A stretch of 64,000 nucleotides of DNA from Eledone cirrhosa (GCA_964016885.1 OZ024741.1:171740001-171804000), one strand, 5' to 3'; numbered from the stretch's first letter, positions 40,449 through 55,229 are shown. A program made the numbers and translations. The notes: a model not told the origin generated them from the sequence alone.

Positions 40449-40689
40449 CTGTAACAGAAAAATATACCACAATAAAATGAATTAGAATACAAGTAACGTC
40501 TTTATTCAGAATGAGCTGTCGAAAGAACCTTTATATGCATACTTAGTTTACTAGAAATAGCACCTACATCATTTCCCAGCAACACTTTATTGCCTTGAAA
40601 AAGAATGGTACATTGGATAATGGATTTGTAGGAGTAACATGTCTTAGAAAATGACAGTTTCATACATTTGTTTTTTCAAGACTATTGGA

Positions 40690-41200
40690 GCCAGCAGGCC
40701 TCGACTACAGAGACAGCAAGCACCCTAATGGAATTACCCTCTTACCATTTGAATAAGGTAGATCCTTCATCTGGGATGCCACATGTTGTGACACATTCTC
40801 CACCTCCAACTTAGTTGCTTTGGCCACAAACCCTGGTACTGTGGCCCACAATGCAGAGGAAAGGAAGACAAACAAATACTGGGGGATTGTCCAGTCACTT
40901 CCTTTTCACACCAGTCGACGTTGCGACCTCAGTCAGATGCCCACCCTGTACTGCCAAGCTCCTCTGCAAGGTCAGAACATCAGTAGCCCATCTTAGGCAG
41001 GAGCCCTGCTAGATGGGGTGGCTGTTGCAGTGGGTATCTCTGGTCATTGTCCACAGAAATGCTTTTGCAGTCTTGTCCGCAGTGCGAAGCCTCAACAGCA
41101 TCATGCCCTAGGCCAATAGCCCGTCACTCTATCCCTTCCTCCTCCCATTCTTCTGTGACCCTAGAGCCCTTGGTTTTGCCTTCCTTTTTTGTTTTTGAAT
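40690..41200 (+). mobile_element. CRE-clade LINE C-terminal remnant
   Basis: PNGITLLPFE*GRSFIWDATCCDTFS...KTNKY.GL...FTPV...GWLLQWVSLVIVHRNAFAV. Confidence 0.7.
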
Positions 41201-43554
41201 ATTTGTAGTGATTTTCTAATTATTTTATAGTCATTCATTAATGTTGTTTATAAATTATGAGTAAATATATCTGTAGGTTAAACAACGCCAGAACATAATG
41301 AAATAAGACCCAGATTGTCTAGAAACTATGATGGAGTTAGGATGTTTATGGTTTTAAACTAAACATAAATGACTATTCTCATACTTAATTATTTCAGTAA
41401 TTACTTTACAGCAGCCTTGCTGCCATAGAATTACTGCCATTCTGTTTCTCAATAACTAGATATTTGCATCCATTTTAGATTGATATATCTTAATTTAAAT
41501 AACTTCCTCATTAGTATATTAACTGGCTAATCTCATGGAAATACCATGTTTTATCAATTTTCTTATTTCTAGATTTATATGCATATTTGTAACTTATAAT
41601 ACTTAATATTATTATGTTAAATATTCTGATTATGTCATTGATTTTGTTCCAAATAGCTAAAGTTATTAAAAATGTAACGTCTGAAATTGTATAATTATGT
41701 TAAAGATTTCGAATACGTCTTCAATTTCATTCCATAATTAAGGTTGTTTAAAGCATAACATTTAAACAAATTTTAAATCAGGGTTAAATTGGGTCACAGA
41801 TTTTTCATACAAGAGGGTCAGAGCAGGATTTGAATTAAGAATTCAAAGAGCCAGAACAAATAACACCAGATATCTCTTCTACTGAATAGACAATTTCACC
41901 AATCCACCACTAATCTGGAGTGGTACTTCATTTTATTGACCCTGAAAAGATAAAACACAAAGCTGACCGAAGTGGGTTTGAGCTCAGAGTTCAGAGAGTT
42001 GGATGAAATGATGCAATACATCAACAGAGAAATGTTGTTGACAAGTAGAATAATAATAGATTTTAAGGACAGTGGAGGATGTATTTTGCTTTCTAACAGT
42101 TAAATGGGTTGTTTCCAAATTTCAACAACACAAAGTAATTTATATAGTAAATTAATTAACTTCCTGTTCTTTGTTGTTTTAATGATTATACAGTGATTTT
42201 CATTACATTTTCTCTTGTTACTTCTATTTTATTTATTCTTTTTTTAAGACTATTCACTTTTTTTCCTTTCTTTCCTGTTTTCAATTTTTTTTCTTTTCAA
42301 TTTCAACACTTTTTTTTTTCTAATTCCATTCTTTGAACAAGATATGTTGAAAAGTGAGTGCTATGTGTATAATGAATGAGTGTGTGTATATATGTTGGGA
42401 GAGTAGACAGAATACACTGGTCTTCACACACACAAGTGAGTGAGTATTGTTGATGTTGCTGGTGTTTAATTTAGCTTTAGCTACATATATCAGTGTCATA
42501 AAAATGATGAGATTTATTAATAATAAAGAATGGCATATCAGTTCAAAGTGATTGGTGAAACCATTGATACATTTATTACCTAAAAACTTTGTACATGGTA
42601 ATTAGTATGAAATAAATATGTTTGCTATCATTAAAAAATACTGGGTCACAGAGATATAAGGACAAACTTTGCCTAAAAATGACAGCTTTCTAATTAGTAT
42701 TATTTTCGGTGGATTGGCAGTATCGGTTGAGGGTCAGACGTTATGCTTTGATGCATAGAGTTACGGCCCTTTCCATTCTGAGTTCAAATTATTTTGTATA
42801 GGTCCAGTGAACAGCTGTCACATCTGTCCAATCGATTTAGTCTCATAAATTTTAAGTATGGAAGGATATTTAAGAAACAGTTTTATTATTGGACACACCC
42901 TTTCTTTAAATACTTTCATTATTCAATGCTTTCCTTCTCTGCATACAAACATATGTACTCATGGTGACAAATTTCTTTGAAATAATGCAACATACCATCA
43001 ACTTTAGTAATGGACAATATTTTCTCCAAGCAGGTTAGTGGCATCAATTATTTGATACATTAGACAATATTTCAATCCATATTTCTCAGTCGTATATATC
43101 TCCATGACCTTTAATTTGTATTATCTTTATTGATTATTTATAATTTACTCTTGAAATTGTAAATAATTGTTTCTACTTTTGGCACAAGGCCAGCAATTAC
43201 CCCAGCACATTACTGGTACTTTATTTTATCAACCCTGTAAGGATGAAAGGCAAAGTTAACCTCAGCGGGATTTGAACGCAGACCGTAAAGGGCCGTAACT
43301 CTATGCTGCAAAGCATTAAAGACTAAGTATCAGATATAGAAATTATTTACACTCTTTATTATGTCTTTGATATCCTTCCATAGATAAGATTGATAACAGT
43401 AAATTGTTAGGACTTGTCTTAACCAGTAGTATCAGACAGTTTAATGGTGGTTGTAAAAATGTAACTACAACTCATTAAACTATATTTACAAGTAGGCTGC
43501 CAGAGATGGTAGACTTCTTTCTCACTACAAATAAGATTTTAATGATGATTGGGT

Positions 43555-43900
43555 TTCAACTGCTATGCTGTGTGACAGTGAGACATGGGTCATAAATGTA
43601 GAACATCTGCATCAGCTGTAAAGAAATGAAGCATGCATGTTTTGTTAGCTGTGTAATGTTAAGGTACATGATCGACAGAGCACAAGAATTCCAAGAAAAA
43701 AGCGGTGTATAAGGGAAATTGAATATAGTATGCAAGAGAGACAAATGTGCTGATATGGTAATGTGATGTTTAAGGAGAGTGAGAGTTATATTTTAAAAAT
43801 GCTGAGTGCTTGAAGTGATGGAACATGTGGGAGACAGTGTCCAAGGAAGACATGGAATGAAAATTTGAACCTGATGAAGGAGATGATACAGGACCAAGCT
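43555..43900 (+). mobile_element. Old RTE fragment
   Basis: TAMLCDSETW...RNEACM. Confidence 0.7.
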
Positions 43901-44941
43901 GACTGGACGAATATGCCAAAATACAAAAGACATGTCCACCATTACAAGCATTGTGGCACTAAAATTAAATATGGAGAGAAACTGGAGGCTACAGCATTTG
44001 GGAAATGAACAGAAACAATATAAGATCTGTGAGGATTCTTCAGTCTGGACGATCATATGACAACCTCCTTAATGTTGGTTACACAATAAAATATACCCAG
44101 TGCATTCTATAAAGTGATAGCAGTGGTATCATAAAAAGATATTCAGTGCACCCTGTAATATACTGAATATCTTTTTAGAAAGGGCATCCAGCCATAAGAC
44201 CTTGCCAAATATAGAACTTATGAGTAAGATAAGGTTGCTCTGACTGCTATAATCTTTGACAGTCACAATCTGCCTAATACCTGCAAGTATAGAAAGTAGA
44301 CTGAGGATGATGATTACAAAACATATTACAATATTGCAAGATTTGTATAAAATTGACATTGTTTTAGAAGTTATTTTAACACTATATTCATACTAAAAGT
44401 GTAGGCTTTCACTCACTCACTCTTTCCTTGCTTGCCAGTTAGATTAATGTAGTAAACACAATATCCTTCCACTAACTTCATTTTACTTGTTACTCACTCA
44501 CAATATATATAGGCATCAAGTAAATAAATCATATTTACTAACATCATACTGACCTTGAGCCGAAACTAAAGTAAGTTTATGAGAGTGAAAAGAAATGCTA
44601 CTAATGGTTACTAGTGAATAGATGTAAATGTAGACAAAGCAAATATATTAGTAAAAACTGTTACCAAGCAAGTAACTTTGCCAATTTGTCACCTATACAC
44701 ACACGCATTCATACATACTAAAATTATTGATAGAGACATTAAATACATATTTATCAATGTATATAATCAGCTTCCAATGAACCCATCCCCCACCCTTAAC
44801 TATTCTCTCAATCACTAAAGTTGTGAAAAGTTAAGAAGCTATGTTCAAATACTGAAATTACACACAGACACACACACGCATACATGCAAACTAGAGAGAC
44901 CTATCTACTCATATGAGTGTGAGTACATATAGCTAAAAAAA

Positions 44942-44976
<35 letters not shown>

Positions 44977-45170
44977 TATGTGTATGTTTGTGTGTGTGTG
45001 TGTGTGTCTGTGTCTGTGTCTGTGCGTGTGTGTGTGTGTGTGTGCTAACATGCAAAGATACACATACACACACACACATACACTCACAGAAACACATTCA
45101 CATGTACTTACCATATTTACAAACTCAAACACACATAGATTCACATTCATGTACACACTTATAAAATTAT

Positions 45171-45244
<74 letters not shown>

Positions 45245-45374
45245 GTGTCGAGAAATACACATATTCATATTATTAGACACAATCAGACCTCACTGGGATC
45301 TAAGTAACTATTAATTTCTCCAGATGATAAGTAATTCCCTACATCAGTGATTCTCAGCACTTCCTGTCTCTTAA

Positions 45375-45783
45375 CCCTTTAACGTTTACATTACTCTATG
45401 GATTGGCAGTATCGGTAGAGGGTCGGACGCCATGCTTTCCAGCATAGTTACGTCCCTTTACGATCTGAGTTCAAATCCCGCCGAGGTTGACTTTGCCTTT
45501 CATCCTTACGGGGTCGATAAAATAAAGTACCAGTAATGCACTGGGTAATTGCTGGCCTTGTGCCTAAAGTAGAAACAATTACTCTATATTTACTGTTGTA
45601 TTTTCATGATAAAGGCTTTACCTCACATAATTATCTCACATAATATCGAATCTATGAGATTTTGATATTACTTATTTTGAAAACAATACCTTAATGTGAG
45701 TAAGAGCAGCCGGTTTCAGCCAGTTTGAACAGAAACAGGTGAGAGAATTCTGGCCAGATATGGTTGGTTTAAATGCTAAAGGG
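45375..45783. mobile_element. piggyBac-type MITE with nested SINE
   Basis: TTAA TSDs at 45371-45374 and 45784-45787; TIRs CCCTTTAACGTTTA / TAAATGCTAAAGGG. Confidence 0.85.
45400..45577 (+). mobile_element. SINE family A, 10-bp TSD
   Basis: TSD attactctat on both sides; the empty site is visible in the paralogous MITE near 25869. Confidence 0.95.
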
Positions 45784-47469
45784 TTAATTGCTTGGCTGAA
45801 ACTATTTAGTCATTTACCTACTACTTACTCTCATGCAAAGATATACACTAATGTCTTCATTTAATATATCATGTCACTGCCAAAACATTATCTTAAAGAT
45901 AACATGTTAGTGCAAGTTATTTATTCTGCATTGAATATGTATATTACTGATAGGAAATGCAGCACTGTTTGTGTAATGTATTTAGTTATGAAGTCAGACA
46001 AGCAGTAATCCACTAAGACCAAAAATTGTGTTACTAAAAGTATTACTAAGGATAAAATACTTACAAATCAAATTATCAGATTATGGCAAATTTGTGGAAT
46101 ACCTAAATAATGTCTTATAGCACATTAGAAATGTACATCATCACTGTGTACTGCCTTCTCCAGCATATATAACTCATATCAGGCTTATGTCTTACATTAT
46201 TTAATGATGGTGTTATCTTTATAAACAAAAAAATTTATTATCTGCAGATTAATGAAAACTGCTCCTAAAAAGATAAAAGAAATGTTGACAACTTGAAAGA
46301 TCAGTCAGTCACATCTTAAATAACTGACAACAAAATAATATTCTGGTGACATATCACAGCAACACAAAATATCACAGCTAAAAATATGAGTTTCATATCC
46401 CGTTCATAATTCTCTTTACCAAAATATAAAAAAGCTGCACACTCACACAATTGCTTTGATCAAAGAATTGAGTTATAGATGCCCTGAACATTTATTTTTG
46501 GTTTATGGTAAATTTTCTCAAGAGTTTAAACCTATGGCTCAAAAATAATAAGGGCATGGTTATAACATTAAATTTAGGCTCAATGTCAAAAGAACACGGT
46601 AATAGGGTAGTTGCACTGCATTTTGTCTCACCCCTAACAGGTAATGTGATAGATCCTTGGAGCAAACAAGAGAATCAGCTAAAAGTTACTAGACATAATA
46701 AATATTATCTCTATAGGAGAATTGTCTAGTGGCAACTAGAATTAGAATAATTAAACACATAAATAGTAGACCAAAAATGCTTGGACTTTTTAGAATCCAC
46801 CAAAATTATTATTAACCATTCAAAATAATAGTAACAAACCAAAATACTGATGATTTCAGAGAATCAATATCCTGGTATTTTGGATTTATGAGCAGAAATA
46901 ACATCTGTAAGAGAGTTAGAACCAGAATAGCACAAATACTACTCATTATATATGAACTTAAAACCGTTGTGTTATACAGTTATAATGTAAGAAAAGAAAA
47001 TATGATAATTTTCAACTTTCATGCAGAGTAAACAGAACAAAGATTGAAAAACCAACAAGATTTTTTATGTGAGATAGAAATAGTTTGTATGAATTAAATA
47101 TTTTCTTTTGTGAAAAAGTTTTACTTAAGCAATTATCTATTATATTTTGTTTGTCTCTCAGTAACTCTTAGCCTGGCCAAGGACACAACTCAAACCCAGG
47201 TGTTGTAAAGGGATAGTGGTAGTACCACAATAAGATGCATGCATCCCATTCTGTATAGTGGTAGTGTTGGTGCTACAATGAAATGTTATCTGTCCTCACT
47301 ACACAGTGGTAATCCTTGTGCTATGATGAAAAGCTCCTAGTTACCCTTGTAAGGTGATAGTGCTGGTGCCAGGATAAATATCAATGAGGTCAACTTTGCC
47401 TTTCAACCTTCTGGGAATGATAAAATAATGAACCAATCAAATACTGAGATTGATATAATTGATATTTCC

Positions 47470-48535
47470 CTTCTTCTTCTTTGTCCAGTTATTCCTGAAA
47501 GGGTTGTAGGGGCAGAGTCCTCAGGCCCTTCTTCCAGTGGGTCCTGTCAGAAGCAACTGTCTCCGATTGATCTGGCTGGATCCCCAAACAACCCAGTTGA
47601 GCTCATGGATGTTGTCCAAACATCTCCTGGTAGATGGTTCTGCCTGTAAAATCTATCCAGCAATTCTTTCCTAAGACATGCCCATAGTATCAGAGCTGTG
47701 ATCTCTCAATTCAGTGAAGTAGCAGCTCCACCTTGAGTGATACTCTGATCTCCGAGCTATATACTCTATCAAGTAACATTACTCCAAAGATCGTTCACAA
47801 GAACCCCCATTTCAGCCACTTGTATTCACAATTATATAATTTTGGTCATTATCCTAGATTCATGATCATAGGTAAGAGTCAGCAAGTATAACGAATTAAT
47901 AGCGAGTTTGGCTTTTACATTTACCTCCCTTCTTCTGATTACTGAATGTTATTGAATTCTAAAGCTGGCACATTACTATACCAGCTCCTTCAATTATTGC
48001 ACTTAATTAAGCCTCATACCTTCTATCATTCATGAACATGGCCCCAGGATATTTAAAATTCTACACCTGTTTCAATGGAATTCTACTCAAATGTAGAGTG
48101 CACTGCACAAGCTTCATTGAGAGGACAAGTGTCTCAGTCTTTGCAGCACTGATTTTCATTGCAGCATGGCAGCTCTAGAAATCAAACCTATCAAGTGCTT
48201 GTTGGCGATCACTTTCTGATGAGTTAAGTTCTGCAGATTCCAGCCAACTGATCCTACACTCACCAGTTGTGATACCACTTCCAGCTCAGCTATGCTTGTC
48301 AATCATGTTCATGAAAATTATGAACAGATGCTGTGATAGCATGCACCCTTGGTGACGTTTGACTCCCACATTGCATGGTTTTGACTTAGCACCATTTATC
48401 AGAACACAAATACTGGGACATTTATATAGAGACATCATGGCAACAAGAAGCTGTCCATCAATCATGTACTCCTGCAGAACCTTCCACAGCAGGTCTTGTA
48501 GAGTGTAGTCTTATGTCTTTTCAAGATCTACGAAC
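47470..48535 (-). mobile_element. RTE-type LINE RT remnant (family of 31940-32510)
   Basis: FVDLEKT.D, GV...QGCMLSQHLFIIFM, FKYPGAMF. Confidence 0.75.
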
Positions 48536-48595
48536 AAAAATATACCTTCCCACAAACAGCAGGCTTTGTACATAGATTAAAAATGATTATCATTA

Positions 48596-48812
48596 GGGTG
48601 AGTAATTGGCAGTATCAGTAGAGCATCAAACAATATTCTTTGTGGCATAGAGTTACAACCCTTTACGCTCTGAATTCATATCCAGCTGGCATTAGCTTTG
48701 CCTTTCATCCTTCTGGGTTGATAAAATAAAGCACCAGTAAAGCACTGGAGTCGATTTAAATCGACTTTCCCCTCCCACAAAAATGTTTGTCCTTGTGCCT
48801 AAATTGGAAACC
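48596..48812 (+). mobile_element. Older SINE A-related copy
   Basis: Diverged head and core, ending tgtgcctaaattggaaacc. Confidence 0.8.
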
Positions 48813-48831
48813 ATTATTATTAGAAAAAGTA

Positions 48832-49016
48832 GGCGGTGGATTGGCAGTATCGGTAGAGGGTCGGACGTCATGCTTTCCAGCATAGTTATGTCCCTTTACG
48901 ATCTGAGTTCAAATCCCGCCGAGGTTGACTTTGCCTTTCATCCTTACGGGGGTCGATAAAATAAAGTACCAGTAATGCACTGGGTAATTGCTGGCCTTGT
49001 GCCTAAAGTAGAAACA
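48832..49016 (+). mobile_element. SINE family A, full length, 19-bp TSD
   Basis: Head ggcggtggattggcagtatcggtagag (A-box-like) and gagttcaaatccc (B box); TSD attattattagaaaaagta. Confidence 0.95.
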
Positions 49017-49703
49017 ATTATTATTAGAAAAAGTATTGATTTCTAATATTCACACAAGGTGACAGTGTTGGGAGAGAATATAGTAGATAAAATTGAACTC
49101 CATACTTGATTAGTAGTTTTATTATATTTTATCGATCCACAAAAGACGAAGTACAAAATCAACACTATCAGATTTTATATTCAGAAGGTAAATAGCTACA
49201 AGTGAAAACCATATTTAACCAATTAATAAATACTGCCAAGTCATTGCTGTATTTGCTCATCTATCTTGTCTGCCAATCAACTAAAATATTACAAATCATT
49301 ATTTATAACATTTTAATTACAGCTATTTTTGATTGCATACTTATTCAATAATCACATGTATAAAAACAATTGTTTATTTTTTTTTTTTTTTCGTTCCACC
49401 TATAAATACACATTATGCAATAATATCTAAAATATATATTTATAGATTTTAAACAAAATATTTATTTATATCTAGGTCTATATTTGCTTTGTCATATTTG
49501 TTGCTGCTCTTGTACTATTTAATTATTGATTATCTCAATCATTAATGTTTCTGTCGCTCGTGTTGCTGTTCTAATAGTTGTAACAAGAAATTTGGGATAA
49601 ATGTTTTTCTTTTTGTTCACTACCAAGTTCTATATATCAGCTCAGCATACCTTATGCTTTTTGATTCAAGGTAGGCATATAATAATTCCTTAGTGATTGT
49701 GTT

Positions 49704-49758
<55 letters not shown>

Positions 49759-49965
49759 TGTGTGGGTAATACGTGCATACATACATAAGTACATGTACAC
49801 ATGTACAAATAAAAAGCATTCATACATGCACACATATCACTCAAAACGCACAGATACAATAACATCCATACCTGCACACATGCTCACACATGCAGGCATG
49901 CATACATATCTACCTAGTTGATGTTGTCTAAATCCCAATGAAAGAGTCTTGTGTCTATGTTAAAA

Positions 49966-50035
<70 letters not shown>

Positions 50036-51593
50036 CATACATACATACATACACTCTGTCCAGCAGAATTAGGGGATTATGAAATGTAAAAAATAAAAAA
50101 AATAAAAATACACATAGTGAGTAGTAAATATTATTTTTAAGGGAGTAAATGTGGTGACCATAACTTTCATCAGAGCCCCTGAAACAGATAAGAGGAAGAA
50201 TGAAAGTTCATCTTAGACCAGATACCTGGCTCAGCTGCTGGCAGTGGAGTTGAGTAACTAAATATTCTTGAGGTCCAGATGATGTTGATAACTCAATGAC
50301 AGATTTGATTTCTAATATAGGTACAAGAATCTTGTTCCAGATTTAGCCATAAGCCAAACAAGCTACAGCTTACTGCTTCAAAATCTGCAGGAATTTCTGA
50401 ATATTTTACAAAAGAATTCATGAACTTTTATTTGTATGTGTGTGTGTGTGAGTGTTTGTATCCCTGTTTATAATAATAATAATAATAATAATGGAATTAG
50501 TGTGTACAGTGCTCAGGTCCACTACAACTCATCAAAGATGCATGTATAGTACAGAGAAAAATGTACAAATGTCAGGAAAGTGAACAGTGTATGAGTCATG
50601 ATATACATGTGTGCATGTGTATGAAGGGGGGATATCAGGTGTAGTGTCGGCAGCTAACAATTGATGCAGGTAGTTTGTTCCATTCTTCAACAACTCTGAG
50701 CTTGAAGAATATTTCCAAATATATCCCATAACTTAGTAGTTTGACAAAAAAAATGGTACATTAACTACCAGGCTTGAGAAATCTGTACTGGGTCAATGTT
50801 AATAACTAAAATACCCTTATAATGGTGTCCTAACGTTTCTGTGATCAAATAATAGAAACCAGTAAAAAAGGACAAGTAGAATAATACATATTTGTTTCTA
50901 CTTTAGGCACAAGGCCAGCAATTACCCAGTTCATTACTGGTACTTTATTTTATCGACCCCGTAAGGATGATACATATTACATAATACATAATACATATTA
51001 AAACAAAATACTAAACAGCAAAAGCTATAAAATTGGAAGCTCTTCTGCCTGAGCTATCCTGAGGAGCACATATTAAAATATAACTACACCACTTGTATTA
51101 TTGGTTGAGATTTGCAACATTACTAATTTTGTCATTAAATAACATTTCAAATACATTTACTGGCCCTTCAAATTCTGTTCTTATTACGATCAATAAGTCT
51201 GCACTGCTACAGATGTTTCAGTTTGAATAGGATATGAACTAGTGTTTGTTGATGATGTTAATACTTAGTGTGCTCTGGTTTAGCAGACCTATGATCAAAG
51301 ATATTTGAGCTGTGCATTACTGTGAAGAACATAATTATTAATGCTTTGACAAATATTCACTTGATTCCATTAACATTATAAAGTCTATCTGTCTATATAT
51401 TTATCTCATCTCCACCTCTCTCTCTCAATATATATCGACCAAGTGTGACAGCTGTTCACTGGACCAGTACAAAATGATAGTAATTAGAAAGCTGTTATTT
51501 TTTAGGCAAAAGTGTTTATGTCCTTATATATTTTTGTGACCCATTATTTTTTAAATGATAGCATGCATATGTACATATGTATGTATATATATA

Positions 51594-51880
51594 CGAGAGG
51601 TGCTGAAAGTTCCTGGTATTGGGTGAAAGAAAATACAGGAGGATCAGTTAATTATGATTTTATTCAACATATAATTTTCTGCATTGATGGTGTGACTCGT
51701 AAGCAGGTATTTTTTTGAGGAGTGCTCCGTCTTTTTCACAGAACACTGAAGCCAAAATCTTTCCAGCTGACTTCTGGCTTCTAAGCTTCTTGGGATGCAG
51801 AACCCTGGCTCGTCTGGGAGATCAGTAGTGTCTGCTTTAGTACTGACTTGGTCTATATAGACCCCCTCAGCCATTACTAG
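51594..51880 (+). mobile_element. Mariner-like terminal fragment
   Basis: TA|CGAGAGGTGCTGAAAGTTCC start resembles mariner TIRs; second TIR not found. Confidence 0.4.
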
Positions 51881-52261
51881 CGAACATTAAAACAATGATG
51901 ATAATGATGCTGATATAAGAGTGCTGTAGTTTGCAAGAAGCATTGCAGGATATGAAAACAGGTTGTGTTTAAGAAGTTGCTACAATGCAGATGGGGTTGT
52001 AAATATCCAGGAAACTAGCTTGGGTGAAGAAACAGAGGTAAGATTGAGTGGAAAAGAGGAAAGGGAAAGAAAGAAAAAAGAAAGAGCCAGATATAATGTT
52101 ACATTAGAAATATTTATTGGTCCCTATATTTTCCAGTGTCAAGTAAACTTTGAAGAAGGTCAGAGAGGGTTTTTCCCTGTCTCTAAGTGGCTCCTCCCAT
52201 CAACCACATCTCTCCCTTTCTTCAACTGAGTTTGTTGCCTGAATATTTACACACACACCCA

Positions 52262-52881
52262 TCATCATCATCATCATCACCGTTGTACGTCCGTTCTTCC
52301 ACGCTAGCATGGGTTAGACGGGTTGTCCTGTTGTGGGCAGTGTCTGGTTGGCTGACCATGCCTTGCTCATACAGGAACTGATCTGGCTTGATTTCTACAG
52401 CTGGATGCCCTTCCTAACACCAACCTCATTTACAGTGAGTGCTGGGTGCTTTTTCGTGGCACCTACATGTCCACTTTACAGTGTGGGCTGGGTGCTTTTT
52501 TGCCGTGGCACCTCCACGACCACCTTGCGGTGGGGGGTGTGGGGGCATATTGTCTATATGCTTCAGCTTGTACCCATGGGAGGTCGGGTACTCTGTATTA
52601 CTGCGTGACGCCAGAGGTCATGGTCATGTGTCATCGCTTTTGAGAGGTGTAATTGGGTAAGGTCGGCTTTTATAACCTCATCCCAGGTCATCTTGGGTCT
52701 CCCCACTTCGCGGTTTCCATCGACTTCTAGTGCTCTGCACCTTTTTATGCAGCTGTCATCCTTCATACGCATCACATGTCTATACCAGCGCAACCGCCTC
52801 TCCTGCACACAGCATTTGATTCCTCTTATGCTCAGTCTCTCTCTCAATTCATTTATGCTTTGTCGTTCACGTATATTACTG
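52262..52881 (-). mobile_element. RTE LINE 3' fragment, close to the 15570 copy
   Basis: Near-identical to 15570-16180. Confidence 0.95.
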
Positions 52882-53079
52882 TTTTTTTTACACCCATATA
52901 TTACACCCATATATATCATATATATATATATATATATATATACTAGACCACCCGTGACCCGTTGGGCCATGTTCACTTCAAAATATTGTTCATGTTCACT
53001 TAAAAATAATTTTTAAATAATTAGAATATACACAGATCACAGGTAAGCTAACTAAGAACATAGATTTTACATGTGGCCG

Positions 53080-54350
53080 GTGCTCTGGTGCAATAAGTAG
53101 CAGCAAGTGCCCACAAAATACTAGCTCCTTCAACTGCGCAGAGGGTTCTATAGAAATAGTGGACAGCTTCCGTTATCTGGGTGACAAAATCAGCAGTGGG
53201 GGAGGGTGCTCTGAAAGTACAGTAGCTAGAGTCAGAACTGGATGGAAAAAGTTCAGAGAGCTTATACCACTATTAGCCGCTAGAGGGTTCTCCCTAAAAA
53301 TGAAAGGCAGGTTATACGATGCCTGCATACGAACAGCAATGCTGCATGGCAGTGAGACCTGGGCATTGTGTGCAGAGGATATACGCAGACTAGAGAGGAA
53401 CGAAGCTTGCATGCTCCGCTGGATGTGCAATAGTAATATATGTGAACGGCAAAGCATAAACGAACTAAGGAAAAAATTAGAAATAAGAGGGATCAGATGT
53501 TGTTTACTCGAGAGAAGGCTACGTTGGTACGGTCACGTGATGTGCATGAAAGACGACAGCTGTATAACAAAGTGCAGGGCAATAAAGATAGAAGGTAGCC
53601 ACGGAGTAGGCAGACCCAGAAAAACATGGGACGAGCTGATAAATTCCGACCTCACACGCTTACACCTCTCCAAGACAATGTCACTGGACCGAGACCTTTG
53701 GCGGTACTCAGTAATAGAGAAGACCCGCCTTACCTAAATACAAAGTAAAAACCTACTACAGTCAGTAGGCATCTCTATCAAAACACACCCCCGTCCCACC
53801 ACCTCCACCCCACCCACACGCCCCTTTCAATGTAAAGTTATGTTGGTCCCACAACATCCAGGCCGAAACAAATGAGATCGTGTAGGTGTCACGACAAAAA
53901 ACACACAGTCCACGCTGTAAATGTGGCCGTGTAGGCAACACGGTAAAAACCTCCCAGCCCCACACTGTAAATGTGGTTGGTGTTAGGAAGGGCATCCAGC
54001 TGTAGAAAACCCGCCAGACAGTCCACGCTGTAATGTGGCCGTGTAGGCAACACGGTAAAAACCTCCCAGCCCCACACTGTAAATGTGGTTGGTGTTAGGA
54101 AGGGCATCCAGCTGTAGAAAACCCGCCAGACAGTCCACGCTGTAATGTGGCCGTGTAGGCAACACGGTAAAAACCTCCCAGCCCCACACTGTAAATGTGG
54201 TTGGTGTTAGGAAGGGCATCCAACTGTAGAAAACCCGCCAGACAGTCCTATGCAAGCAAGACAACCACTCTTGCCTCAAGTGGGAAAACCCCCGTCCAAA
54301 CCCATGCAAGCGTGGAACACGGATGCTAAACCTGATGATGATGATGATGA
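53080..54350 (+). mobile_element. RTE subfamily 3' fragment with triplicated UTR segment
   Basis: ORF 53159-53737 (DSFRYLG...HGSETW...GRPRKTW); (GAT)n tail. Confidence 0.9.
53906..54248 (+). repeat. 3x ~112-bp tandem repeat
   Basis: Units start cagtcc at 53906, 54019 and 54131, with a partial at 54243. Confidence 0.95.
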
Positions 54351-54679
54351 TGACAGACATGTATATAATGTGAAATGAAACTGGAAGGCCCATATATATA
54401 TATATGTGTGTGTATGTATATATATATATGTTTGTGTACACATTTATATATGTAAGTGTGTATATATATATATGTGGGTGTCTGTGATCTATATACACTG
54501 GTCATAGACACACACATACATATACACACATATATATATATATACACATACACACACTCATATATATATATATATATATATATACATACACAACAACACC
54601 ACCAGCTCTCTTCCATTCTCCTTCTCTGACTCCTCTCCCTCTCTCTATGTCTCTCTTTCAATCTACTCTGTCACAACCA

Positions 54680-54950
54680 CGGGTACGAGCCGAAGCTGAA
54701 GCATATAGACAATATGACCCCAGCCCCCACTGTAAAGTGGACGTGTAGGTGCCATGGGAAAAAAGCACCCAGCACTCACTGTAAATGAGGTTGGTGTTAG
54801 GAAGGGCATCCAGCTGTAGAAATCAAGCCAGAATCAGTTCCAGTATGAGCAAAACAAGGTCAGCCAACTGAACACTGCCCACAACAGGACAACCCGTCTA
54901 ACCCATGCTACCATGGAAGAACGGACGTAAAACAGTAATGATGATGATGT
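54680..54950 (+). mobile_element. RTE 3'UTR fragment
   Basis: Homologous to 27195-27515. Confidence 0.85.
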
Positions 54951-55229
54951 TGATATATATATATATATATACAACACATTTATATATATATATATATATA
55001 TATGTAGTCCCTGTAATAGTTGTGAGTGGTTGTGTTGGTTAGGATTGATTCAATGGAGGTGCTCAATGTAATTGTGGTGGTAATATTAACTATGTAAATA
55101 GTGTGGGAGGTCACTAATTATTCTGGGTGCAGTTTATGTTTAATGATAATGCAAGTGAATCAACATCTATATGTACACTCACTGTGTGTATATGTGTAGG
55201 TGTGAGTTCAAATACATATATATATATAA

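Noticed and set aside
48832-48925. tRNA genes
   Set aside because: A/B-box heads continue into SINE bodies with TSDs; no complete cloverleaf seen.
52943-53075. Minus-strand Helitron 3' end (cccaacgggtcacgggtggtCTAG)
   Set aside because: Only a terminus-like motif; no 5' end or second copy in the window.
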